Made by a program: the position numbers and the translations under genes. A stretch of DNA of 64,000 nucleotides from Thermoanaerobaculia bacterium. GTDB taxonomy: Bacteria > Acidobacteriota > Thermoanaerobaculia > Multivoradales > Multivoraceae. This document shows, piece by piece, positions 10,281-20,786 of the stretch. The stretch is taken from the NCBI GenBank assembly GCA_963664405.1, contig OY761158.1, forward strand, positions 672,001-736,000. Direction: 5' to 3'. The notes under the pieces were generated by a model, which worked only from the letters and a program-made list of their open reading frames with translations, was not told the DNA's origin and did no database searches. Position 1 is the stretch's first letter; each line of letters starts with the position of its first letter.

Positions 10281-10433
10281 CCTATCCGCCTCGACCGGAA
10301 GCTCAATCTGAAGAGCTTCTTCGTCATGGGCCCCGACCGGGTCAACATCGAGATCGTTGAAGCCAAGCCTATCCCCGAGGGCCTGTGGGACGATTGGATC
10401 GAGGACCCCGCAACCAGCCGATCACTTCCTTAG
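10281..10433 (+). pseudogene. 3' remnant of a VOC/glyoxalase family protein
   Basis: KSFFVMGPDRVNIEIVE is the typical F..PDG..IE VOC C-terminal motif; no 5' part. Confidence 0.6.
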
Positions 10434-11806
10434 CGCATCAGCTCCGGCCTCTCGGTCTCGACAAAGGGGCGGAGCTCGAAAAGCGACCTCGTCAGCGCGG
10501 CGATGGCCTGGTCAATGTGCTCGTCCGTCATCGCCGTACTCACGCAGTACATCAAACGACTCGCCGACATCACTCCATGTCGAAGCATCGTCAGGTGCAG
10601 GAGTCGCGGGATGTGGCCACTCGCGGCCATCGCCGCTATCGAGTCACGAGCATCATGGGGCGGCTCGTCAATGAAGTGAAGGTTGGCCAGGGAGCCCATG
10701 CCGGTCGCGTGCCCCCGGACCCCCGCCTCTTCGAACGCCCCGGTAAATCCTTCGCGCAAGCGTCTCCCCATGGCATTGATACGAGCGCACTCCTCAGCGG
10801 AATAGGCCCGCATCGCCGCTAAGCCGGATGCCATCGTCAGCGCGTTTCCCGAAAAAGTGCTGGCGTGCATCACCGGCCTCTTCGTGTCGGGGCTGAAGAG
10901 CTGCATCAACTCTCTTCTGCCGCCGACACCACCGATCGGCAAACCACCACCAATGATCTTGCCCATGCAGGTGAGATCAGGCTCGATTCCGTGCACTCCC
11001 TGAGCACCGCCAAGACCGAGACGCAGAGTAATCACCTCATCGAAGACCAAGACGATGCCATGCTCGAGTGTCGCCTCTCTGAGCGTGCGAAGGAACTCCA
11101 CCGTTGCCGGAACCATCCCCAGCGAGCCAAGCACCGGCTCGACAATCACGGCGGCGAGATCATCGGCATGAAGATCGATCAGCCTCTTCGCTTTGACGGG
11201 CTCGTTGTACGGGCAAACCACGGTATCGCTCAGCACGCTGTCAGGGAAGCTGCCATCGACGGCTAGCGAATTCGGTGCGTCGAGAGTGCCGCGCTGATCG
11301 GGGAAGGGTACGAGAGAGACCTCGGCGAGCTCGTAGCTCCCGTGGTAACCGCCTTCCATCTTCATTACTTTCTGGCGCCCTGTCGCCGCGCGAGCGCACC
11401 TCAGCGCCATCAAGGTTCCTTCGGTACCCGAGCTGCAGAACCTCATCTGCTCGATGGAAGACACTCGTTCGGCAATCAATTCCGCCAGCTCGATCTGATT
11501 CACGCTGGGTGCGGCGTAGGCGGAGCCGAGGGAGACCTGGCCGGCCACCGCGTCAACAACATCGGGGTGTGCGTGACCGTGGATCAACGAGGTGAAGTTG
11601 TTCATGAAGTCGAGGATCTCGTGACCATCGAGATCGGTCATGACGCAACCGGCGGCCGCCGTCATCGTCAGGGGATAGGGATCATAGTGGGCACTCGCAC
11701 GGGTATCCCCACCCGGGAACACCTGCCTGGCTCGCTCCCCCATCGCTGCCGAAGCGGGACTGAAGTCACGAAAGGCTTTGATCAAGGGGTGTTCAGGCCG
11801 CGTCAA
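10430..11806 (-). CDS. Class III PLP aminotransferase (glutamate-1-semialdehyde aminomutase-like)
   Basis: FPGG, SGTEG, GGYHG, FDEVIT, GKIIGGGLPIG and STFSGN motifs. Confidence 0.9.
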   Translation of the reverse strand: MTRPEHPLIKAFRDFSPASAAMGERARQVFPGGDTRASAHYDPYPLTMTAAAGCVMTDLDGHEILDFMNNFTSLIHGHAHPDVVDAVAGQVSLGSAYAAPSVNQIELAELIAERVSSIEQMRFCSSGTEGTLMALRCARAATGRQKVMKMEGGYHGSYELAEVSLVPFPDQRGTLDAPNSLAVDGSFPDSVLSDTVVCPYNEPVKAKRLIDLHADDLAAVIVEPVLGSLGMVPATVEFLRTLREATLEHGIVLVFDEVITLRLGLGGAQGVHGIEPDLTCMGKIIGGGLPIGGVGGRRELMQLFSPDTKRPVMHASTFSGNALTMASGLAAMRAYSAEECARINAMGRRLREGFTGAFEEAGVRGHATGMGSLANLHFIDEPPHDARDSIAAMAASGHIPRLLHLTMLRHGVMSASRLMYCVSTAMTDEHIDQAIAALTRSLFELRPFVETERPELMR

Positions 11807-11895
11807 GGCTGTCTCCTGGAAATACGAGACCCAAGGATACTCTTCCGTCGTAGGATGCTTGATTCACGCGACGGAAACAGCAGAGGAGATAGGTC

Positions 11896-12648
11896 ATGGA
11901 GCTCTTCGATCTGACAGGACAAGCCGCCATCGTCACGGGTGGCAATGGCGGTATCGGTCGGGGCATCGCCCTGGCGCTCGCGGAAGCCGGAGCCAAGATC
12001 TGCATTGCCGGCCGCAACGAGGAAAAGAACGAAGCTGTCCGTGCGGAGATCGACCAGATCGGGCGGGACTGCATCGCCCTAACCTGCGATGTCACGGACC
12101 TCGGCAACATCGAGGCGACACTCGACGCGGCGGAGGATGCCTTTGGAGGCGTCCAGATCCTGGTGAACAACGCAGGAGTCGCTGTTCTCGGTCCGCCAGA
12201 AGAAAGCACCGACGAGGACTGGTCCCAGGTGATCTCCACCAACCTCGACAGCGTCTTCCGCTTCTCTCGCGCCGCCCACTCCCGACTGCGCGGCGACGGC
12301 AAGATCATCAATATCGGTTCGGAGTACTCGCTTTTCGGCAGCCCCTTCGCCGCCAGCTACGCGGCAAGCAAGGGCGGAGTGATACAGCTCACCAAGTCGC
12401 TGGCGGTCGCCTGGGCAGCTGACGGTATCCGAGTCAACGCCCTCATCCCCGGCTGGATCACCACCGATCTGACGGCGCCGGTCAGGGGCATGGATGAGCT
12501 CTATCAGCAGATCATCGAGCGAACTCCTGCCAAGCGTTTCGGCGAGCCCGAGGAATGCGGAGGTGCCGCGGTCTTTCTCGCCTCATCCGCCTCGGCGTTC
12601 GTCACCGGGCAGAGCCTGGTCGTGGACGGCGGCTACAGCATCAGCTGA
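11896..12648 (+). CDS. SDR family oxidoreductase (KduD/gluconate 5-dehydrogenase-like)
   Basis: TGGNGGIG, NNAG, YAASK and VDGG motifs. Confidence 0.92.
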   Translation: MELFDLTGQAAIVTGGNGGIGRGIALALAEAGAKICIAGRNEEKNEAVRAEIDQIGRDCIALTCDVTDLGNIEATLDAAEDAFGGVQILVNNAGVAVLGPPEESTDEDWSQVISTNLDSVFRFSRAAHSRLRGDGKIINIGSEYSLFGSPFAASYAASKGGVIQLTKSLAVAWAADGIRVNALIPGWITTDLTAPVRGMDELYQQIIERTPAKRFGEPEECGGAAVFLASSASAFVTGQSLVVDGGYSIS

Positions 12649-12656
12649 GCCAGCCG

Positions 12657-13571
12657 CTAATCGCGCCAGCGCCGATGACCCCATATGTATTGCTCTGGGG
12701 CCTGGCGGATGGCGGCTTCGAGGTATTCGTTCAGGGTGGTGAGGATGGCCAACACATCGTCCTTCTTGCGGCCGCTGCGGGCGCGTTGAATGAGCGGCGA
12801 GGTAGACAGCTCGAATTGCATCGGCGCCAGCCGACGACAACTGGCAAAACACAGTGGCGCACGAGTGACGAGGTGGAGCATCGCCGCGGTGGTGTAGGTC
12901 CACGCCGGGCGCCCGAAAAAATCCACCGCAACTCCTCCCGAGCGGGCATGCTGGTCGGTGAGCAGGGCCAGGATCTCGCCGCTCTTCAACACCTCCAGAA
13001 AGCGACCGGCATCGGCACCGTACTTGGGAATGGGATGGAAGCGATAGCGCGGCTTGCGGCGAAGGATCAGCTCCTCGACCCGCGGATTGTTCATCGGCCG
13101 GGTGATGCCAGCGACGGGCTTGAATCGAGAGAGCAGCTGTGCCGCGATCTCCCAGCTGCCAAAGTGCCCCGAGGCCACGATCAGGCCCTGTTCCGGATCC
13201 TCGAGCACCTCTATCACATCCGCCGGGATCTCCAACTGAATATGCTCGCGCCAGCGGTCCTCGGCGAGTACCTCAGCTGATCTCAGCGACTCGACAACCA
13301 CCATCCCCACATGCTCCGCCGACCGCCGACTGAGCGCTCGGACGCGACGCGGGTCGGTCTCGATCCCGCTCTCGAGAACGTTCTCGCGCGCGACCCGACG
13401 GCGACGCCGATCTACCACCCACCACAGATCCGCCAACGCGCGGGAAAACCTGTAGGCGGCACCAACAGAGACTCTGTCGACGACCGCGAGCGCCGCGCGC
13501 AGCAGGAGATATTCGGAGAGGTGACGCAGCCGGCTAGGCTCCGCGCTGCTTGAGTAACTCGGCCATGTCAC
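12657..13571 (-). CDS. LpxL/HtrB-family lysophospholipid or lipid A acyltransferase
   Basis: SGHFGSWE, LTDQ, VDFFG and PEQYIWGHRRW motifs; start uncertain (GTG overlapping the ACP gene). Confidence 0.88.
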   Translation of the reverse strand: MTWPSYSSSAEPSRLRHLSEYLLLRAALAVVDRVSVGAAYRFSRALADLWWVVDRRRRRVARENVLESGIETDPRRVRALSRRSAEHVGMVVVESLRSAEVLAEDRWREHIQLEIPADVIEVLEDPEQGLIVASGHFGSWEIAAQLLSRFKPVAGITRPMNNPRVEELILRRKPRYRFHPIPKYGADAGRFLEVLKSGEILALLTDQHARSGGVAVDFFGRPAWTYTTAAMLHLVTRAPLCFASCRRLAPMQFELSTSPLIQRARSGRKKDDVLAILTTLNEYLEAAIRQAPEQYIWGHRRWRD

Positions 13572-13779
13572 CGACGGTGCGGGTAGCGACCACATCGGTG
13601 GCCTCGAGCTCGATCCCGAACTCCTGTTCGACGTCGTAGAGCAGATCGAGAATTGACAGTGAATCGAAGCCGAGCGATTTGATCGTGGTCTCACCGTTCA
13701 TCTGGGTCCAGTCACGCTCTTCCGTAGCATTGTCACGCACGATGTCCCGCAGTCGGATGATGATCTTCTCCTCGCTCAT
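13534..13779 (-). CDS. Acyl carrier protein
   Basis: LGFDSL phosphopantetheine site, EQEFGI, RTVGD; 81 aa, acidic. Confidence 0.92.
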   Translation of the reverse strand: MSEEKIIIRLRDIVRDNATEERDWTQMNGETTIKSLGFDSLSILDLLYDVEQEFGIELEATDVVATRTVGDMAELLKQRGA

Positions 13780-13789
13780 GAAACTCTCC

Positions 13790-15031
13790 TCACTCGGTCC
13801 GCGCGAGCACGAGTACGCCGTTGCCGCCGCCAAACCCGAAACTGTTCTTCATTGCCAACGCCGAGTCGAGCGCCATCGGCTCGTCTCCGACCAGCTTCAC
13901 GTCGCACTCCGGATCGGGCGTGTCGAGATTGAGATTGGGAGGCACGACGCCTGCCTCGAGACTGAGTAGCGTCACGATGCTCTCGATCGCTCCGGAAGCT
14001 CCCAGAGTGTGCCCGAAGTACGACTTGTTGGCGGACACCGGGACTCGATCTACAGACGCACCCAGCACCTCACGGATCGAGCGACTCTCGCAGACGTCGT
14101 TGGCAAGAGTCGCGGTTCCGTGGGCGTTGACGAAGCCGATCTCTTCGGCACTGACCCCGGCGTCGTCCAGAGCCATGCGCATCGCGGTCGCCTGCCCCTC
14201 GACACTGGGGCTGGTCAGATGGGTCGCATCCGACGACTCGCCGTAACCGAGGATCTCGCCGCGGATCGTCGCGCCGCGGGCACGAGCCCGGTCGAGCGAC
14301 TCCACCACCAGCGCACCGGCGCCCTCGCCGAGGACGCAACCATCACGGGCGGCGTCGAAAGGACGGCAGGCTCGGGCCGGGTCGGGCTCGGTGGAAAGCA
14401 CTCCGAGATTGTTCCACACACCAAAAAAGAAAGGATCGAAGAACCCCTCGGCACCCCCGCAGAGCACGGTCTCTGCGTAGCCGTGCCTCACCATGCGCAG
14501 CGCGGCACCGATTGCGTTGGTCGACGAAGTACACGCCGAGACGATGATCTGATTGGTGCCGACGAGCCCGAACTGGATCGAGATCCCCGCCGAGATGGCG
14601 TTGTACATGCACTTCGGTACGGTGGAGGGGCGCAGTCCACGGGGCCCGCGCTTGAAGAAGCGCTCGAAAGAACTGTGATGGCTCTGCGCCGAACCGATCC
14701 CGGTGCCGAAGACTACGGCTACATCTCGAGGTGAATAAGGTGGCTCCTCCTCCAGCAGCCCAGCCTGCTCCAGCGCCCCGGCGGCGGCAACGAGTCCGAG
14801 GTCGAGGGCCCGATCGACCGCGCGCCTTCCCAGTCGCTTCAGGCCCGCGGCGACACTCTCACCATCGACCTCGGCGCCGATTCCGACCCGATAGTCGGTG
14901 GTGTCCAGGGCCTGCAGTTGGCCGATACCTCCCCGCCCCGCGAGAAGGCTCGCCCATACGGTCTCTTCGTCGGTACCGATCGCGCTCGCAATCCCCAGCC
15001 CGGTCACCACAACTCGACGAGATTCGGCCAT
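13790..15031 (-). CDS. fabF: Beta-ketoacyl-ACP synthase II family
   Basis: RRVVVTGLG; catalytic SACTSS, NAHGTAT and GHTLGA; NSFGFGG. Confidence 0.9.
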   Translation of the reverse strand: MAESRRVVVTGLGIASAIGTDEETVWASLLAGRGGIGQLQALDTTDYRVGIGAEVDGESVAAGLKRLGRRAVDRALDLGLVAAAGALEQAGLLEEEPPYSPRDVAVVFGTGIGSAQSHHSSFERFFKRGPRGLRPSTVPKCMYNAISAGISIQFGLVGTNQIIVSACTSSTNAIGAALRMVRHGYAETVLCGGAEGFFDPFFFGVWNNLGVLSTEPDPARACRPFDAARDGCVLGEGAGALVVESLDRARARGATIRGEILGYGESSDATHLTSPSVEGQATAMRMALDDAGVSAEEIGFVNAHGTATLANDVCESRSIREVLGASVDRVPVSANKSYFGHTLGASGAIESIVTLLSLEAGVVPPNLNLDTPDPECDVKLVGDEPMALDSALAMKNSFGFGGGNGVLVLARTE

Positions 15032-15774
15032 CAGCCCTGCATCCATAGGCCGCCGTCGACATGAAGCACCTGACCGGTGAGGTACGACGAATCGGACGAC
15101 ATCAAAAAGGCCACAACCTTGGCGATCTCGCTGGGCTCCCCGATACGCCCGAGCGGAATGCCGAGACTCTTGCGGTTCTCTTCCGGCAGGCCTGCGGTCA
15201 TATCGGTCTCGACGAAACCAGGGGACACAGCGTTACAGCGCACCCCGAAACGGGCCGCCTCGAGCGCCAAGCTGCGAGTCAGGCTCACCAGACCGGCCTT
15301 GGCGGCCGCGTAGTCCGCGCCCATCCATCCTCCGGGACCGTGTGCCGCCAACGATGCGACATTGACGATGCTGCCACGGCGAGCGCGGCGCATCAGCAGA
15401 TACGCCGCCTGCGAGGCCACGAATGCCGCCTCGAGATTGAGACTGAAAGTCTTGCGCCACCCCTCCAGGTCGAGCCCGCGAAATGCCACTGGACGACCGC
15501 CGCCCGCGTTATTTACCAAGCCGTCCACTGAGCCGCAGCGTTCTGCCACCTCTGCAACCAAGCCACGCGCGGACTCGGCCTCCTCGAAGTCCGCGACGAA
15601 AGGCTGAGCGCGCTCCCGGTCGAGCTCGACGCAAACTCGCTCCACCTGCACTGGGTCTCGTCCGTGTATCGCGACTACCGCGCCACGAGCGAGGAGCTCC
15701 GTGGCAACCGCAAGGCCAATGCCGCGGCTGGATCCGGTGACCAGGATGACGTTGTCGGCGAGGCTGGGATTCAT
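15031..15774 (-). CDS. fabG: 3-oxoacyl-ACP reductase-like SDR
   Basis: TGSSRGIG, NNAG, YAAAK, PGFVETDMT and IPLGRIG motifs; translationally coupled to fabF. Confidence 0.8.
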   Translation of the reverse strand: MNPSLADNVILVTGSSRGIGLAVATELLARGAVVAIHGRDPVQVERVCVELDRERAQPFVADFEEAESARGLVAEVAERCGSVDGLVNNAGGGRPVAFRGLDLEGWRKTFSLNLEAAFVASQAAYLLMRRARRGSIVNVASLAAHGPGGWMGADYAAAKAGLVSLTRSLALEAARFGVRCNAVSPGFVETDMTAGLPEENRKSLGIPLGRIGEPSEIAKVVAFLMSSDSSYLTGQVLHVDGGLWMQG

Positions 15775-15799
15775 ACTGCTTTGCGTTCCTGCCGCGCTC

Positions 15800-15829
15800 A
15801 AAAAAGATACCACGCCGCTGGCGCCGTGG
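15800..15829 (-). terminator. Possible intrinsic terminator after the amidase gene
   Basis: Minus strand reads CCACG-N10-CGTGG followed by TATCTTTTTT; the stem is short and imperfect. Confidence 0.3.
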
Positions 15830-15858
15830 CGGGCCCACACCGGCCCCGGGTGGGGTCA

Positions 15859-17475
15859 TCAGCCGACCGAGTCGACCGAGGGCCGGAACAGAGGCGCCCG
15901 CCGATGCTGGGTTTCCTGCTCGAAGGCATAGCCGAGACCGATCAGCTTGCCTTCGCTAAATGGCCTGCCGAAGAACGAGAGACCCACCGGGAGACCCTGA
16001 ATGAAGCCGGCGGGAACGGTGATGTTCGGATAACCTGCGACCGCCGCTGGAGTCGAGCTACTGCCGCCAAAGTGGTCGCCATTGACCAGATCGATGACCC
16101 ACGCCGGGCCCCCCGTCGGTGCAACAATCGCATCGAGACGGTGCTCCGAGACCACTCGGTCGATACCTTCGGTGCGCGACAGACGCCGCGATGTTTCCAG
16201 CGCGGCAACATACTCCGGGCTCGACAGCGGCCCCCGCTGCTGCGCCTCGAGAAACACCTCCTGCCCGAAGTAGGGCATCTCACGGTCACGATTCTCCTCG
16301 TTGAAGCGGATCAAGTCGGCCAGATCGCGAGCGGCAACACCGGGCCCCAGCTTCGCTAGGTAGGCAGCCACATCGGCCTTGAACTCGTATAGAAGGACCT
16401 CGTGAGAGCTATCGCGCAGTCCCGTCGAGACCTCCAGATCGATCGGGTCGACAAGCACTGCCCCCGCTTCCCTCAGCGCCTGTAGGGCGTCCTCCAGGAC
16501 TCTGTCGACATCGGCGTGGAACCCGAAGAAGGAGCGCGCCACACCGAGGCGGGCACCGCGAAGACTCCCAGCATCGAGGAACCTCGTGTAGTCGGCGTGG
16601 ACCGGCCCCGAGTGCCCGATCGTCGCGGAATCTTCGGGGTCGACTCCGCCGATCACTCCCAGGACGGCCGTCGCGTCGGCGACAGTGCGCGCCATCGGCC
16701 CGGCAGTGTCCTGGCTGTGGGCAATGGGAATGATGCCCGACCGACTCACCAGGCCCACTGTCGGCTTGATCCCGACCACGCCATTGGCCGACGACGGGCA
16801 GACCACCGAGCCGTTGGTCTCCGTGCCGATGGCAACGGTCGAAAAGCTCGCCGAGACAGCGGCGCCGGAGCCGCTCGACGAGCCGCACGGACTACGGTCG
16901 AGAACGAAGGGGTTCCGACACTGCCCGCCCCTGGCGCTCCACCCACTGGAAGAGCGGGAAGAGCGAAAGTTAGCCCACTCGCTGAGATTCGTCTTTCCAA
17001 GCAGAACTGCTCCACCCTCGCGGAGTGCCTTCGCGACGAAGGAGTCCCGGCTGGCGATCGATCCCTCGAGCGCCAAAGACCCAGCGGTCGTCGTCATGCG
17101 GTCGGCGGTGTCCACATTGTCCTTGAGCAGGACGGGGATCCCGTGGAGAGGCCCCCTCACCCGACCCGCCGCCCGCTCCCGATCCAAGGCTTCCGCTATC
17201 TCCAACGCATCGGGATTGATCTCGAGAACGCTGCTGAGCAGGGAGTCGTGCACCTCGATACGCTCGATATAGAGAGCAGCTATCTCTCGCGCCGAGAGCT
17301 CGCCCGACTCCATTCGGCGACGAAGCTCGACGACGCCGACCTCGGCAAGCTCGAAGTCGCCCACTCCAGCCGCCGGACTCACTTCAGGCTCCAGACCCGA
17401 GCTCGGCTTCCCGACCATGGCCGCGGCACATCCCAGCGCCGAGAGCCTGAGGAAGCTGCGGCGACTGCTCGGCAT
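15859..17475 (-). CDS. Amidase signature family enzyme with Tat signal
   Basis: SRRSFL twin-arginine motif; LKDN, GSSSGSG and GTETNGS (Ser-cisSer-Lys triad). Confidence 0.93.
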   Translation of the reverse strand: MPSSRRSFLRLSALGCAAAMVGKPSSGLEPEVSPAAGVGDFELAEVGVVELRRRMESGELSAREIAALYIERIEVHDSLLSSVLEINPDALEIAEALDRERAAGRVRGPLHGIPVLLKDNVDTADRMTTTAGSLALEGSIASRDSFVAKALREGGAVLLGKTNLSEWANFRSSRSSSGWSARGGQCRNPFVLDRSPCGSSSGSGAAVSASFSTVAIGTETNGSVVCPSSANGVVGIKPTVGLVSRSGIIPIAHSQDTAGPMARTVADATAVLGVIGGVDPEDSATIGHSGPVHADYTRFLDAGSLRGARLGVARSFFGFHADVDRVLEDALQALREAGAVLVDPIDLEVSTGLRDSSHEVLLYEFKADVAAYLAKLGPGVAARDLADLIRFNEENRDREMPYFGQEVFLEAQQRGPLSSPEYVAALETSRRLSRTEGIDRVVSEHRLDAIVAPTGGPAWVIDLVNGDHFGGSSSTPAAVAGYPNITVPAGFIQGLPVGLSFFGRPFSEGKLIGLGYAFEQETQHRRAPLFRPSVDSVG

Positions 17476-17496
17476 TCACTCACCCGACCGCGGTCT

Positions 17497-19200
17497 TCAG
17501 GACTTCTTTCCCTGTCGCGCGGCTTTTTGGATTCTTGCCCAGGAGTCGCGGAGAGTTACGGCGCGATTGAAGATCGGAGATCCTTCAACAGAGTCTCGAT
17601 CGACGCAGAAATACCCAAGCCGCTCGAATTGGAATCGGTCGCCAACGCTCACCGCGCCCAGACTCGGCTCGGCCTTGCAGTCGGCGACGACCTCCAGTGC
17701 ATCGGGGTTGATGTTGGCAATATAGTCGCCGCCCTCCTCGGGATCCTCTGTTTTGAACAGCCGATCGTAGAGCCGCGCCTCCACGTCAACAGCGTGCTCG
17801 GCCGAGACCCAATGCAAGGTGGCCTTCACCTTGCGCCCGTCCGGGGCGTCCCCTCCCCGGGTCGCCGGGTCGTAGGTACACCGAAGCTCGACGAGCTCAC
17901 CATTCTCGTCTTTGACCGCTTCGCGACAGGTGATGAAGTAAGCATAGCGAAGCCGCACCTCTCGACCCGGGGCGAGACGGAAGAACTTCTTCGGCGGGTT
18001 TTCCATGAAGTCCTCTCGCTCGATGTAGAGCACCCGCGAGAAAGGCACACTCCTTGAGCCCGCACCAGGATCTTCAGGGTTGTTGATGGCCTCGAGCTCC
18101 TCGCTCTCGCCTTCCGGATAGTTCTCCAGAACGACGCGTAGAGGGCGTAAGACGGCCATACGCCGCAGAGCACGGCGGTTGAGTTCTTGGCGCAAACTGT
18201 GCTCGAGCAGAGCGAGATCGGTGACGCTGTTGCTCTTGGTCACCCCGACCCGCTCGCATACATCGAGAATCGCTTCGGCGGTATACCCCCGCCGCCGAAT
18301 CCCCGACAGAGTCGGCATACGCGGATCGTCCCAGCCCGAGACGTAACCTTCTTCGACCAGACGGCGCAGTCTGCGTTTGCTGAGGAGGGTGTAGCTGAAC
18401 AGGAGCTTCGCGAACTCGATCTGGCGCGGCCGTGAGCCGGTATCGACATTGTCAAGAATCCACTCATAGAGCGGTCGATGATCCTCGAACTCGAGCGAGC
18501 ACAGAGAGTGGGTGATGCCCTCGAGCGCATCCGAGAGGGTGTGGGCCCAGTCATACATCGGGTAGATCGACCACTCCGAGCCGGTGCGGTGATGCTCCAC
18601 CTTGCGGATCCGATAGAGAGTGGGATCCCGCAGATTCATATTCCCCGAAGTCATGTCGATCTTGGCGCGTAGGACCTGCTCACCTTCGTCGAACTCGCCG
18701 GCTCGCATCCGCGCGAAGAGGTCGAGATTCTCCTCTACCGACCTGCCTCGGTAGGGACTGTCCCTGCCTGGCTCGTTCCACCGCCCACGATACTGACGAA
18801 TCTCCTCGGCGCTGAGCGAGTCGACGTAGGCCTTGCCATCCTTGATGAGCTGGACCGCAAAGTCATGGAGCTGCTGGTAGTAATCCGACGCGTAGTACTC
18901 GCGATCCTCCCAATCGAAGCCGAGCCAGCGAATGTCCTCCTTGATGGCTTCAACGTACTCGGTGTCTTCCTTGACCGGATTGGTGTCGTCGAAGCGCAGA
19001 TTGCAGGTGCCACCGTGCTCCGCCGCCACTCCGAAACTCAGACAGATCGCCTTGGGGTGACCGATATGTAGATAGCCGTTGGGCTCAGGGGGAAAACGAG
19101 TGCGAACGCCGCTGTGCTTGCCGCTCGCCAGGTCGTCACGGACGATGGTGCGGATGAAGTCGACGGGGCCGCCGCCGTTGGCCTTTGTATCCTCGGTCAT
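17497..19200 (-). CDS. glnS: Glutamine--tRNA ligase
   Basis: [36 protein letters not shown] and FQFERLGYF motifs. Confidence 0.97.
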   Translation of the reverse strand: MTEDTKANGGGPVDFIRTIVRDDLASGKHSGVRTRFPPEPNGYLHIGHPKAICLSFGVAAEHGGTCNLRFDDTNPVKEDTEYVEAIKEDIRWLGFDWEDREYYASDYYQQLHDFAVQLIKDGKAYVDSLSAEEIRQYRGRWNEPGRDSPYRGRSVEENLDLFARMRAGEFDEGEQVLRAKIDMTSGNMNLRDPTLYRIRKVEHHRTGSEWSIYPMYDWAHTLSDALEGITHSLCSLEFEDHRPLYEWILDNVDTGSRPRQIEFAKLLFSYTLLSKRRLRRLVEEGYVSGWDDPRMPTLSGIRRRGYTAEAILDVCERVGVTKSNSVTDLALLEHSLRQELNRRALRRMAVLRPLRVVLENYPEGESEELEAINNPEDPGAGSRSVPFSRVLYIEREDFMENPPKKFFRLAPGREVRLRYAYFITCREAVKDENGELVELRCTYDPATRGGDAPDGRKVKATLHWVSAEHAVDVEARLYDRLFKTEDPEEGGDYIANINPDALEVVADCKAEPSLGAVSVGDRFQFERLGYFCVDRDSVEGSPIFNRAVTLRDSWARIQKAARQGKKS

Positions 19201-19415
19201 GATGAGGCTGTTCCCAGCTCCGCTAGCGAGCGGCGCCTGCCGCTGCGCGAGCAGGCGGAAGTATAGAGAGCATCCACCAAGCCTGCCAACTGCCGGCAGG
19301 CGCCGATCCCGCCGTCTGTCGCTACAATGGAGGCTCGCGAGCTCTTCAAGGAAACTCGTCGGCGAAGGGAGCTGACTGGCTGAACACCGCTACGACTTCG
19401 AATCCGCCTGTTGAT

Positions 19416-20786
19416 GTGCTGATACTCGGTGGCGGCAACGCCGCCCTCTGTGCCGCCATCTCGGCTCGCCGGGCCGGCGCCAGCGTACTGCTGCTCGAGA
19501 GCGCACCGGAGCACTTCCGCGGCGGTAACAGTCGACACACCAGAAATCTGCGCTACCTGCACGAGAGCGGCAACGAGATTCTCTCCGGACCTTATGCGGA
19601 AGAAGAGTTCTGGGAGGATCTGATTTCAGTCACCGGGGGCGAAACCAACGAAAAGCTCGCCCGGCTGTTGATTCGAGGCTCGACAGACTTGGGTCACTGG
19701 ATGACCGAGCAGGGCGTGCGATTTCAGGGGCCACTTCGGGGCACTCTCAATCTCTCACGCACTAACGCTTTCTTTCTGGGCGGGGGCAAAGCACTCGTCA
19801 ACGCATATTTCAAGACCGCGATCGACCTCGGCGTGGAGGTCGCCTACAACTCGGAAGTCCAAGGTCTCGACGCACGCGAGGGTGAGTTCAAAGCCGCAAT
19901 CGTCATGAGAGAGGGCGCCACGCACGAGATCCCGGCCAAGAGCGTTGTCGCCGCGTCGGGCGGCTTCCAGGCCAACATCGCATGGCTCAAGGAGTACTGG
20001 GGAGATGCCGCCGACAATTTTCTTGTTCGCGGTAGCCCCTTCGACACCGGCCTGGTGCTGCGAGCCTTACTCGATTGCGGTGCGGTGTCGGTCGGAGATC
20101 CACGCCAATGTCATGCCGTGGCCATCGATGCTCGAGCCCCCAAGTTCGATGGCGGAATCGTCACCCGTCTCGATTGCATCCCCTTCGGAATCGTGGTCAA
20201 TAAGCTGGGCCTTCGCTTCTACGACGAAGGCGAAGACTTCTGGCCCCGGCGCTACGCTATCTGGGGCCGGCTGGTTGCCCAGCAGCCGGAGCAGATCGCA
20301 TATTCGATTATCGATTCCAGGTCCAAGGATTTGTTCATGCCTTCCGTCTTTCCCGCCATCGAAGCCGATTCGCTAACCGAGATGGCCTCCAGGCTCGAGC
20401 TCGATCCAGCCGTTCTGGAGACCACGGTCGCCGCCTTCAATAGCGCAGTACGACCCGGCGTCTTCGACTCCTCCACTCTCGACGACTGCGCGACCGAAGG
20501 TCTCGAACCGCCGAAGAGCCACTGGGCTCGGAGGCTCGAAGAGGCGCCTTTCTACGCCTACCCGCTGCGCCCGGGCATCACTTTCACTTATCTGGGAGTC
20601 GGGGTCGACGAGCGGGCACGAGTGCTGATGAAGACCGACACACCAGCAGCGAACATCTTCGCAGCTGGAGAGATCATGGCCGGCAACATCCTAGGCAAGG
20701 GATACCTCGCCGGTCTCGGGATGACCATCGGTACCGTCTTCGGTCGAATCGCGGGAGGAGAGGCGGCACGTCATGCCCTCTCCTGA
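19416..20786 (+). CDS. tcuA: FAD-dependent tricarballylate dehydrogenase (start may be near 19380)
   Basis: GGGNAALCAA, RGGNSRHTRN, DARAPKFDGGIVTRLDC and GEIMAGNILGKGYLAG motifs. Confidence 0.93.
   Translation: MLILGGGNAALCAAISARRAGASVLLLESAPEHFRGGNSRHTRNLRYLHESGNEILSGPYAEEEFWEDLISVTGGETNEKLARLLIRGSTDLGHWMTEQGVRFQGPLRGTLNLSRTNAFFLGGGKALVNAYFKTAIDLGVEVAYNSEVQGLDAREGEFKAAIVMREGATHEIPAKSVVAASGGFQANIAWLKEYWGDAADNFLVRGSPFDTGLVLRALLDCGAVSVGDPRQCHAVAIDARAPKFDGGIVTRLDCIPFGIVVNKLGLRFYDEGEDFWPRRYAIWGRLVAQQPEQIAYSIIDSRSKDLFMPSVFPAIEADSLTEMASRLELDPAVLETTVAAFNSAVRPGVFDSSTLDDCATEGLEPPKSHWARRLEEAPFYAYPLRPGITFTYLGVGVDERARVLMKTDTPAANIFAAGEIMAGNILGKGYLAGLGMTIGTVFGRIAGGEAARHALS

Noticed and set aside
10430-11806. 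Calling the aminotransferase hemL
   Set aside because: It lacks the GVNSPVR and GHxD features of true HemL and has no tetrapyrrole gene context.
16516-18057. 513-aa plus-strand ORF
   Set aside because: Antisense to the amidase and glnS.
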